This document shows, piece after piece, positions 1 through 23,317 of a stretch of 64,000 nucleotides of DNA. The translations under genes were made by a program, and so were the position numbers. Location: positions 14,507,133 through 14,571,132 of the forward strand of contig OZ037771.1 of NCBI GenBank assembly GCA_964035545.1, given 5' to 3'. The notes under the pieces are model-generated. The model saw only the letters and a list, made by a program, of their open reading frames with translations, was not told where the DNA came from and did not search any database. This DNA is from Bugula neritina. Lineage: Eukaryota > Animalia > Bryozoa. Position 1 is the first letter of the stretch. Each line of letters begins with the position of its first letter.

Positions 1-131
1 TTATTTAACAAAACATTGTGCTTCCATAAATAGCTGGTTTTGAAGTTGACATACATTGCCAATAAATACATCTTCCTTTTTATACATATATGTAGATGCC
101 TTGTTTATTTACTGTACTTGTATATTTGTAG

Positions 132-4245
<4,114 letters not shown>

Positions 4246-5261
4246 ACCTCCCAACTCCAAACAAATTGCTTTAATTTATTTAAAAATTTAATCAATTCAC
4301 TACACCAATAATGAGGCTCAGCAGCGACTCTTTAGACTGCCTAAGGCTGCCTATGCTTAAGATTGATTGGCTCTTCTCGGCTGAAGACTGCTGCCGCTGC
4401 CCAACATCTCTGATAGGTCATCAGCTCACAGAGCCACGCCCCTAGCTGCTAATCACTCACACTTTTGTCAATATCAAGTTTTCACTAGTTTAATAAGTTG
4501 AATTTTGACTGTAGTTGTTATATGCAATGTTGTAAAATTTCCCCTACTTACAAGAGAGGACGACTGATCAAGACGCTGTGTTGGTATTTGCCCAATGTTC
4601 AGGATAGTTGGTATTGTACCTTCATAGTTAATTGAGAAGGAGTTCTTCAACAGAATGTGTTTAGTTTTGTAAAAATTAAGCTAATATGCATTAAATTATC
4701 TTATAAATCTTTCTTTATAAATCAAATAAAGTAACATCAAAACAAAAATTGAGATGGGTTATCTCTACATGATGTCATGTTCATTGAAAAGTTAAAGGAA
4801 ACAATCACATAAAAACAACACCTTAGCTGAAAAACATCTGTTTGGCAGTCGAGATTTTACTACACAAACATAGATATAAAGATAAGCAAATAACACAAAA
4901 TATTGCGTTGAAGTATCTTTTTGAAAGATTTTTGTAAATTACATCCTTTTAATATATTGGCTCAGTGGTGCTTAGTTACTTTATGTCAATACTTTCAGAA
5001 CCTAGATTAATATTTAAATTAGGTTAGTGAATATCATTGTGAATAATAGTTCATAAAATCAAACCGCTGACATAAGTTGACTTTAAACAAACTTTCCTTG
5101 CATGCAATCAGATATATTATTTTATGCTTCAGAAAAAAAGCATACCATAATAAGTTTTTTCTTTTTAAAAAATCCAATTTGATCTCTTATGAGATTATGA
5201 GAATTGCCTTCTTTCTCGATAGTAACAATAGAGACAACTGATATGCGTTACTAAGTAATAT

Positions 5262-5704
<443 letters not shown>

Positions 5705-6277
5705 TTACTGCAGTCATAGCCACGGACAAGTCCAAAATAGCAGAGAAAATAACTCCAAAGCGCTTGATAAACTAAAGCACTACCTAGAAAATTATCTAAA
5801 AGGGTAAAGCACAACTTAATAGTGTAAAAAATTGAAATGTGTAACAATAATTCAAACAATATTATACTGACAAAAATATTTTTTTAATGATGCAATATAA
5901 ACTTTTGTGGGGTTTGCTAACAGTTCAAGTTGGGTAAAAATATTTAGAAAATGTTATCCAATTTATTCAAATTTTAAATATTGACTCGAAGACTTATGTA
6001 TGACGTACTAAAATCAATCAAGCACGGAAAGTGTGAACCCAGAAGCTGGCTTGTGATATCAAAACTGTATTTAAACTATAACATTGATAGTATATTTACT
6101 TTATGCCTGTTCAAAACACTTCACTCTAACAGTGTTTAACAATCCTATAGCCATTGTGCTACGTGCCACTGTATGAAAGAATGTAACGTCATGAATAAGT
6201 AAATGAAAGGGTCTAATGCGTCAATAACCTGTTTATTAATTGTGCTGCTACTCTCTCAATGATACAAAATAATTTAC

Positions 6278-6289
6278 GTTACTAGCAAC
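6278..6289. promoter_or_regulatory. RFX X-box-like palindrome GTTACTAGCAAC
   Basis: Fits GTNRC(C/T)-N0-3-RGYAAC; about 285 bp upstream of the ATG at 6572. Confidence 0.5.
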
Positions 6290-6571
6290 ATTTAAACCTT
6301 TCAGTTTGAAGTAGTAGTAGCATTTCCACAATATTATATAAGCTATACAGCAAAACTTTCAAGAATCACTACCCGCAAGCACTTTGCAAGCATATGCAAG
6401 CACCTTGCAAGCACCTTGCAAGTACATGTAAATGTGGTTTGCTGTCTAAAGAGGCAGTTTGCAAAAATATTTCGAGCATTTTCATGGATTAATTCTCATC
6501 ACAGATATAAAACATTAGCACACACCTGAAAGAGAGGCGAGACGTATTTAGCCTAAAAGTAAGAAGTAGTA

Positions 6572-6877
6572 ATGACGATGGACGTAAGCATGGCCGAGAC
6601 GTTGGCGGAGCAGATGCAAACTCTGGAACAAAGGCTAGAAACTATGGGGGAGTGTGTGACGGAGTGCTCTGTAAGCTGTCTAAGTATTCTATATGTCATA
6701 TTATTATGTAATATTATAGCATACAGTTGCGATAATAAGTATACAGATATACTTATAATATAACACATACTAATAATGTAATATTAAAATATATACTGTA
6801 AATTCCAGCATGACAATGTAATATTGATAAAGTATAGTGTACGTTTGATAGCCACTTAATATAATAGCATATAGCAG

Positions 6878-6928
<51 letters not shown>

Positions 6929-9900
6929 GTTCATTTATAGTGTCAAAGCAGCTACCATAATGAATGTTGAATCAATTTGTCCCCTAATTTGTATTACTAC
7001 CGAATTAAATGATACTTGAATTGTGTAGGAATTTAAATCAAACAAAATACACTCAACTAACAAACTTTGAAGACATGTATAAACACAAATGTGTTACAAA
7101 GTTACTATAAAATAGAAGCAGCTTATACAAAGAAACTATTTATACATGTACACTAAAAACATTTATCTATTATTTTTATTTCATATATCGAAATACTACT
7201 TTAAATAACTCAGTTCTATTTGTAGAAACAGTTCACGGCTACAACAACAGCGATGAATCATATAACCAACATCCTGTTTGACTTTGTTAATGACAACCCT
7301 GTGTCAAGGTCAGAAATATTCCCCCACATTGTGCAGCTTGTGGTAAGAGTTTAATATGGAGTAGACATACAATGTCTTGTATTCAATTTACAGTCCAAGG
7401 CTTTGAGTCATTCCTTTCCTAAACATCAGTTATTAAAAATAAAATATGCTGCATTATTTTATGCATGTGTTAGTATGATATATTATAATATGACATAATG
7501 AGCATCCTATAATGACAATATAAGATAATATAATATAATATAGTATAATATAACATATCATATGTATAAGTGTACTATCACATATCATGTTGTATGATAT
7601 AACATAGTATAATATAATACAATGTAATATAATATAATATTATATTATAATATAATGCGATATAACAGATTACATTATAATGTGGTATATTGTAGTAATT
7701 AGTAATATAATAATAATATAACAATTTACCATTGATATCCGACTATTACTACCAACTGCCGTCAGGCTTTGATATTAAATATAACATTGTTTTTAAAAAA
7801 TGAGCTTTTATGCTCATATATAAAACCTATAGGAATGTAAAGCATATAGTTTATTAACGTATTTGGTAACAATGCAAAGTTTGCTGAAGCTAAACGCTTT
7901 CAACTACACTAAATGTTTAAAATGCCCAAATTATCTTTAAATATTATTTTCTAATTTTACCAAAACAGTATGTGAAATCATCCAAACTTATATTAAAAAA
8001 CAAAAACAGTAAGTTTTGTACAAACGTGAAAAGAAAATGCAAAAAGCTTATTCACTGTTTGCCTCAAAGTTTCTTTTCTTTCCTTACTCCATAACTTCAC
8101 AATATTAATATTTTCTTTTCTTTACCTAAAATTTGTTTGCTTTTCAAATATATTCATATGGCTTCACAATGACATCTCATATGTAAACATAACCACAGAG
8201 TAGTGTTTGATGTTATTCATAGAAAGAGATCAGTGGTGAAACACTCAATCAGAAGACTGAAGGTTTACAGATGAGAGAGAGAAATGTATTTAACAGTCTC
8301 GCTGTGAGGTTCAGTGAATGTGAAAAACTGATATATGATAACATGAAAAAGGTAATCTATTGTGTGGCAGCATATCAAATCATACGGCAGCGACTTGAGC
8401 CTAGATATAAGTATTGCAAGGTGACACTAATTAAACAGTAGTATTGTAGCAGGACAATAAGCACAGCTATAATTACCATTATTGCACTACTGTAATTAAA
8501 TATGATACTGAACATTGACTGAAAGTATTGGTATTGTATCACAACATACCCAGACTAAAGTATGCATTATTGTCATCAGATAGGTGTGATAGTGTAGAGC
8601 AACATATCAGCTTGACTCTGGTGACTTAAAGGGACATATCAGTGCAGGTTTGCTGCTTTACAGAGGCCATAATATATTATAGGTTCCCTATATTACAAGT
8701 ATGCGCTCGATATTACAGATATACCCTATGTTACAGGCATGCCTTATATTACAGGCTCTCTCTATTGCTGGGGTACCTTATACTACAGGTGCAATATATT
8801 ACAGGTGTACCATATATTACCTGCATACCTTATCTTACAGGTTTCCTATATTACATGTGTATAACTCCATATTACAAGTATGCCCGTTATATTACATGTA
8901 GGTGGCTAATCTCCGACACACGAATGAACATACTCAGGCCGTAGCCATTGCTACTCTGGAAAAACAGTTGGAGCAAAGAGACAAAGAAATTAAAAGGTAT
9001 GCAGTGAATATTCACTATTTGGTACTTTGATTTCAGACTCATTATGAAAAATGTCCTTCATTTAAATTTTGAAAAGCTTAAACTTTCTGCTGTGGTAAAA
9101 TAATGGTTACTAGCGGTGTGTCAACAAACTATCTTTGTAAAATATATTTATTTAGATAGTAACTTAGCCAATTAAAAATGTATAACACTATTTCGATAAA
9201 GATTATGGACTTTCCTGGGCTAACTTGTTATTATTATTTAATTGTAACAGTAAACAAATTATTGTATAAAATAGAAATATAAGAATGTGCTGTAACTTTA
9301 TGTAATAAGAGCTTTAGTTGACAGTTGTAATATTTTATTAGTTAACTGTATGGCATCTTACAACATGTTGCAGCATGTTCAAGAAAAGCAATGCTTACAT
9401 AAAATTGTGACAATGTATATATATATATGGATATGTTGATACAATATTGCACACATTATGATTCAACATAAACATAATAATTGATTCACTAGCATAAGCG
9501 GAGAGACAGCAAAACATTGTAAAGAATAATGAATCAAAAGCTTACATCACAAGATTAAATATAAAGATGTGTACTTATTAGCAATCACAAAACAAATGCA
9601 TTCTTAGTTAAATTAAAAAGACTATATTTGTTTAAGTTTGCAACATATAAATGTTTGCTAAATATTAAGAGGTTTGGAGTTTAAGCAATAGCTTGTGGCA
9701 CTTTTTGTAAAATGTTGAATAGTTTTACAGTTTGGCGACTACAGAAAACGTAATGTTATGGCAAAGAGAAAAATCTAGAATCCTAAAGGATCATGACAAG
9801 ATAATATCTGAGTTGCATCAGAAGATAGCAGAATTAGAAAAACAAAAAGAGAGTTTAAGACTCAAATATGAGGAGCAGACAAACGATTTGAAAATGGAGA

Positions 9901-12900
9901 AAATGAAAGTTGAGATTACGAAAAAACGATCTACAGCTAAAATGCCGGCAGGTAACTAGCCAATAGAAAGTGAGATTGTTGTTGTCTGCTTTTGATGTGT
10001 CTAGCATTTTTAAAGTAAATTCAGATAATTAAACTGTGTGCTTGACATTTTCTTGTATAGCGCACTTTGTGTAGTTCTTTCGTATGTTTATTATTTTTAG
10101 CACTGTCGCCAATCTTTTGCATGCTAAACTTATAAAGCTTTTTTGACATATATTTTAAAAGATTCAAGTTCTGTTTGTGATCAAATAGGGAGCAGTCGTG
10201 GTATAGGGGTTAGAGCGTTTGCCTAGTAAACACGAAGGTCATGGGTTCGAGCCCTGACAAAGGCCATTGGTGATGTTAGGAAGAGTATCCAGTCATAATT
10301 GCTCCTGTGCCTCATTTAAATAAGTCCTTAGCCCGCTTTAACAAAAACCTTTTCTATCAGGGGTTTCTCACAGGGATAGTGACTATAAGCTTGCGTGAGT
10401 TTTGTGATCAAATAGCAAGTAGTATAGACTGGTAAGGAGAAAAACTTAATTTAACTAAACCATAATTAATCATACTCGCAAAAGATTTGAATATGTAACG
10501 TAAGAGCTATGCACATAACAATAAACTTATACTACAAGGCCATTCAAAGCATGTTTAGCTGCTCAATTATAATAATAAATTTGGTCTGTACCGGGGTAAC
10601 CTGTCTTTGTGTATAAAACAACTATTAGCTTTCATTGTGACATGAACAGTCTGCTAAATTGTAAAACAGTGTGATTGTAAATGAATTTAATTTGTATATA
10701 CATTTCAATTAACACATTGAAGCTATTGAAACAACATTTTAAACAATGGCTACCAAGTGCCATATTGATGCAGACGTCATTCTTTAAAACATTAGTCGTC
10801 TGCTTACGATTCAGCTATTCTTTATAGAAAACATCACGTATACCTCGTTAAATAACACTGAAGCTGTTATTTTGAAAACTATTTTATAAATTAAAAACAA
10901 GTTTCTGTTATTAATTCATTAAATTTGGAGTTGAAAATTGCTGCTTTAGTTCATTCACTATTATATATAAATAAAATGTTATTTTAGTTAAAAAACTTAT
11001 TTTAGACTCGTCTGAATTAGCCATGCTTGAAGACTTGAAGAGAAAGCAGTATTTACTAGAGAAAGATCTGCAACATGGTGAGAAAGAGATACAGCAGTTT
11101 CAGCTAGATGTCATTGGGTTGCTGGGAGGCATACAGATAGACATTGCGTTAGTTCCTAAAGCTCTTTAGCTAAACTAGCTTTGTGGGACTAGGCGTTAGC
11201 CACTCTAGACCCTCACATATTACTCAAGGCAAAGTAATTCAGATTTAAATGCTGTCATACTAAACAATAGCAGTATTGAGTCTATTAATTATGACACGTC
11301 AGCAATCAATTTGGCTATAAAAGACTATCTGAGTTAGGAGACAGCATTTGTAATGAACGTCAGAATTAATAGTAGATCATCAGTAGCAGTTTATAAAGCA
11401 AATAGTATTTAAATTTCAAACAAATAATATTGTATTCATTCAAGTGGCAGCTATTAAAATTAGTGTATGTAATTAATGTTATTTATTTAAACACAACCCA
11501 AGTGACTCATCAGAATTATTGAATGAGTCATCTAAATCCTAAAGTGACTCATTAGAACTATTGAATGAGTCATCTAAATACTCAACTGACTCATCAGTTG
11601 TCTTGCAGACGCCAAAAAGCTCCTAAAACTTCATTCAGATTAAACAGTATTTTTTCAAAACTTTCTCAAATTCATATGCAAGAGGATAACATTTGACTTT
11701 TAGTTATCGCTTTGAAGTTTAAGTTTGATATGCAAGTGTTTTATATATTAAGAGAGTGAACTTCATTTTCTGAAACCCAGACTTTGCTTAAGAGCTATAT
11801 TTGCTTTGTATAAATCCAATTAGTTGTGGCCTCCAGACTTGATATATATAAACAGAGCATACAGGCTATAGATTTATCTCAGCTTAGGGTAGACTCAGCT
11901 CCATGTTCTGTCTACAGGGGCATTGCAGAGGGATCAGAACACCAACCTACTGTTAATAGCCTGGGCTCTCTCAGTGATACAATAGACAAGATAAAGTCCG
12001 CAGTGGCTGGACAGATTGACGTTGGTGTGATGCGTGCAGATCTTTCTGATCACTATTTACCTGCGAAACCTAATGTATGTAACTATATTTACCTGCGAAA
12101 CCTAATTTATGTAACTATATTTACCTGCGAAACCTAATGTATGTAGCTATATTTACCTGCAAAGCCTAATGTATGTAACTTTATACTAGAATATATGTAT
12201 TATTTTAGTCGTTGTGTATATATACTGTAACATGCATGTTTATAGTATAATAATAAATGTAATATTAAATGTTATATACCATGTAAAACTCTGCTATTAT
12301 TTTCTCTTTATATTCTTTTTGAAAAGGTACAGTTGGGCTCAGAGGTATGGCTTTTATTACTATAAATTAGTTGTGAAACCAACTTTTGAATAAATTCCCA
12401 TAAATTTGAAAAAAAAAAGTTTTTTCTAAACTTGAGCTAAAATTGTTTGATCAACAGTTGGTTTCACCAATTCATTTAATTTTGTTAGCTATAACTATAG
12501 CTTGTAATAGATGATGTTAACATAAGCTTATTTAACGTCTAACGAAAGCAACTTAAAGCTATATCAAGTTACAGAGAAATAGGCTTAGGAATCGACAACC
12601 AGAAAAGTTTTTAATAGGAAACTATCATTTTAAAAAATATTGAAAGCTACCTAATTTTTCTTCATTAAAAAAAATCACAAACTAAAGAGTTTCTGAAACC
12701 AAATTTTCTTGCAAAAAACAAAATTCTCTTTAGAGGTGGTTCAATAAAAGCTCCATAATAGTAGTGTTATAGCTAGCTGTACTATAACTATAGTGGGCAT
12801 TAACAAAACAAAACTCATAAAACACATCAACCAACACTTATATAGATAGTAGAACAATAGCAAAAACAAATAGAAACTAGCAATAGCATCATACAGAACC

Positions 12901-15898
12901 ATTATAGCACAACTATAGCACTTGGTGAAATACCTTTTGACTACACAATTGCTCAGAAAATGCAATGCTTGCGGATGAACTAAACAATATTTTAGTCTTG
13001 TACCTTTCTAGCTTCGCGTTGTGAGTGTTATTCTTTAGCTACTATCTGCCTTCCATAGCTTCTTCTTCAGCAACTTAGCTCCCTAACTGCTAGTAAGACC
13101 TAAGTTACCTATATTAGCTACATTTAGACTTAGTTCCCTGCTAACAAGACTCTAGTTATCTACATTAACTCTATATCTATACAATGCTATATTTTGCTAA
13201 AGTGTGGTTAAAGCTATATATTATCTCTCATTTTCTTCTGAGAAATATTATAACTGCTTGCTATGTTTGCCCATAGTTTTAGTGCTGAAGTTCTATAACA
13301 AAAATGTATGCCTCAAGGCTTTTAATTATTTTGTATTTTTATATTTTTAGGACTTCTTTGTAACCAATAAAGGCAGGAAAGTGGTACGTAAAACTAAAGA
13401 AAGTATTTTGTGCAGTAAAACGGTCATTATTTAACAGTACTTTTTGTATTTCAGTATTATTTACAGTTATATGATGATAATATAAAATCAATGTCTTTGA
13501 AGATACAATTAAACTATTTCGATAATATGAAACTTAAATATATGAATAGTTTGAAATCAAACTTAAAAATATATTTGATGTCTAAATTGGTCACGTAGTA
13601 GTAGAGGTCAAGGTTATAATGATTACAGATCGTGAAGCCGATGCAGATTAGAAAGAACAGCAAGTCTCAGAGAAAGAAGTCTATAACAGTGTTGAGTGAC
13701 CTTCCCAGTCTGCAGGTCGGGGCGTTGAGTAGACATCGGCGAGCTCGAAAGAAAAGCAGACCTTCTATACATACAATAGAAGAAGGTAGGGTAATAACAC
13801 AGTATACTTACTCTCTATACATACTATAGAAGAAGGTAGGGTAATAACACAGTATACTTACTCTATATACATACAATAGAAGAAGGTAGGGTAATAACAC
13901 AGTATACTTACTCTATATACATACAATAGAAGAAGGTAGGGTAATAACACAGTATACTTACTCTATATACATACAATAGAAGAAGGTAGGGTAATAACAC
14001 CGTATACTTACTCTCTATACATACTAAAGAAGACGGTAGGTCAATAGCACAGCATACTTCATATAATATAGAAAAGAGGAAGTTAATGGTACGTATGCTT
14101 ATTCCCACTTATCAAATAAACTGTAAAGTAGAATCTTATATAAAAACATAAACATCTAAAGATGTGGTTTCTTGATAGCTGGGAAGATCTCCAAAATAAA
14201 TCCGAAGCTATTAGACAATATCTATGGTACGTTAGACACGGTGGCGGTGATGAAACACTTCCCTACTTTGTCCACTTCCTATGTGAAGAGTCAGTGGGCT
14301 AACTTCAAGAGATATGATAGTGACGATAACGGAGAGCTTGACCTCTCTGAGGTAAGGTTATGTGTCCTTGACCTTAGATCAGTTTGAATACTATTCTTAG
14401 ATATAATATACTATTATATGGAATGTTCTGAGAAGCTGTGTAGAATGTGCATTAATATAAAACATTGACAGCAAATATTAATTCTGTGAGAGGGAGTTGT
14501 AAGTTACTGTTAAACTGTTGTAGATAATGAAAGCCATAACTGGTTTGATGCCTAGCCACGTAAAACCTGCTCACATTGAGGTAAGTAAGTAAGCAAGTAA
14601 GTATGTAAGTGAGTAAGTGAGTAATTAAGTGAGTAATTGAGTAAGTAAGTACCTAAGTAAATAAATGAGTAAGTTAGTAACTAAGTAAATAAATGAGTAT
14701 GTTATAAGTAACTAAGTAACTATGTAAGTGAGTAATTGAGTAAATAAGTACCTAAGTAAATAAATGAGTAAGTTAGTAACTATAAGTAAATAAATGAGTA
14801 TGTTATAAGTAACTAAGTAAGTAAGTATGTAAGTGAGTAAGTGAGTACGCATGTGAGTAATTGAGTAAGTGAGTAGATAGGTAAGTATATAAGTATGCTA
14901 GTGAGTAAGTATGTACATAAGTAAGTTAGTTAGTATATAAGTGAGTAAATGAATAAGTAAGTAAGCACTGCAGGTTCATCATAGTTGGGTAAAATTTCCT
15001 GCATGCTTATCACGATGACATAAGTCTTCATAACTATCATTCTATCTCCGCTATTTTATATTCTGCTATATACCATACACAAAGTGTCAAAATTCTACTC
15101 TCTACATCATATAATGGTGGTCAACTGGTGCTCTCTATACTATATACAGTGTGTTAAATTTTACTTTATATTATAGGCCTATACTAGGTGTCAAATGCTA
15201 CTCTATATACCATAAACTAGGTGTCAAATGCTACTCTATATGCTATATACTAGGTGTCAAATGCCACTCTATATATCATATACTAAAGGTGTCAAATGCT
15301 ACTCTATATACTATATAAAAGGTGTAAATTATTATATACACTATTCATGACACACAATTCTTGAAATGTTTCAACAGGCAGCCATGAGGGAGGTGGATAT
15401 AGATGGTTCTGGAACAATGGATTTTTATGAATACCTGCAAGTTGCTCTCTTACTGGAGCAGAAGAAAGGTAAATAAGACCTAGTAGCTATTATATGCACT
15501 AGTAGTGAAAATGACCAAATCTAAAATTTTACAAAAAAAAGTTGTCGAGAGATGAGACAAAGGAGCGCTGTCTTGAATAATTTGTTATCTCAACAGATGA
15601 TGTGTAATGACAGCAAACAAAAGCTGTCCTATCTTGGTTGCTGCAACTACATGTCTGCATGGGCATTACATATTATACTAAATTATACAGTAATATACAC
15701 ATACAATACATAGTGCCTACATATATATATCATATAATGTATATGCATATAATGTCTGTATTATAATATATATATTCCCAATATATAATAGAAATGTCTA
15801 TAATAATTATGTTTTTTGTAGGGAAATCTGAACTATTCCACACTCCTGAAGTGACGAAATACAACAAACAAATTTCTAAGACTTGCATTGTCCAATAA
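6572..15898 (+). CDS. Uncharacterised coiled-coil + two EF-hand protein with C-terminal CaaX motif
   Basis: Exons 6572-6670, 7226-7342, 8223-8351, 8902-8996, 9731-9951, 11006-11147, 11837-12074, (12327-12344), 13351-13383, 13629-13785, 14179-14351, 14524-14580, 15378-15468, 15822-15898 join in frame. The N-terminal half is heptad-rich. EF loops are DSDDNGELDLSE and DIDGSGTMDFYE. The protein ends KQISKTCIVQ*. Confidence 0.8.
10189..10400 (+). mobile_element. tRNA-Thr(AGT)-derived SINE, full length, with 15-bp target-site duplication
   Basis: A-box-like GTGGTATAGGGG, anticodon-loop remnant CTAGTAA, B-box GGTTCGAGCCC. TSD TTTGTGATCAAATAG at 10174-10188 and 10401-10415. Homologous copies at ~37021 and ~39741. 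Confidence 0.9.
13765..14040 (+). repeat. 50-bp minisatellite (~6 copies) spanning an exon/donor junction
   Basis: AGAAGGTAGG recurs at 13781, 13831, 13881, 13931 and 13981, with a variant at 14031. Confidence 0.95.
14581..14966 (+). repeat. Low-complexity array of GTAAGT/GTGAGT 5' splice-site-like motifs
   Basis: Starts exactly at the donor after exon 14524-14580. Confidence 0.9.
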
Positions 15899-16549
15899 GA
15901 TATAAGAACCGTACTCAAAGTGAGTTTAGGAAAGATGTGAGGCTACCAGTAGACTGTGATCAATTGCTGAACCTTTGTAGGGTGATGAACCGAGATATTC
16001 TTGGCACATAGCCAAGGGCACTAAACTGAATTATCACTAAAATACTCAGTCTAACACTTGCAACCATAACAGTGATACAAGATTGCTTTGCGGCGATTTC
16101 AAACATTATGTATAAATTTTGTAATGAAAAGCTAAGAATTAGAGTATCAAAAGTTGTTTGCATTCATTATTATTAGTTGAAACTTGCAAAAAGGCTTTAT
16201 TGAAAATAAATTATTTACAAAATTATTGTATCTAAGATCGAAATATTCCCAATACATGAGACAAAAAAATGTTTGTTTAATAAACAAAATATATGTGATT
16301 TGGCGTTGAATAAATACTACACAACCAACCCTTGTGACTAATAAATTATTAATATAAGCAACGGACGGCATATGGCATATATAGGTGACAGCGTGAGATA
16401 CAGTAGTACCAAAATAAAACACATCAAAATATTCGTAACGAGTAAATATAATACAAATAAATATGAGATAAGAGTTTCAACAAACAATTTGAAAAATGTT
16501 AGCTGAAGAACTGAAAACCACATGTTTAAACAATGAGGGGCGGCAGAGA

Positions 16550-23317
<6,768 letters not shown>

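Noticed and set aside
10189-10265. Functional tRNA-Thr gene
   Set aside because: Stems are disrupted, it is fused to a non-tRNA body found in other copies, and it is flanked by a TSD; it is a SINE head.
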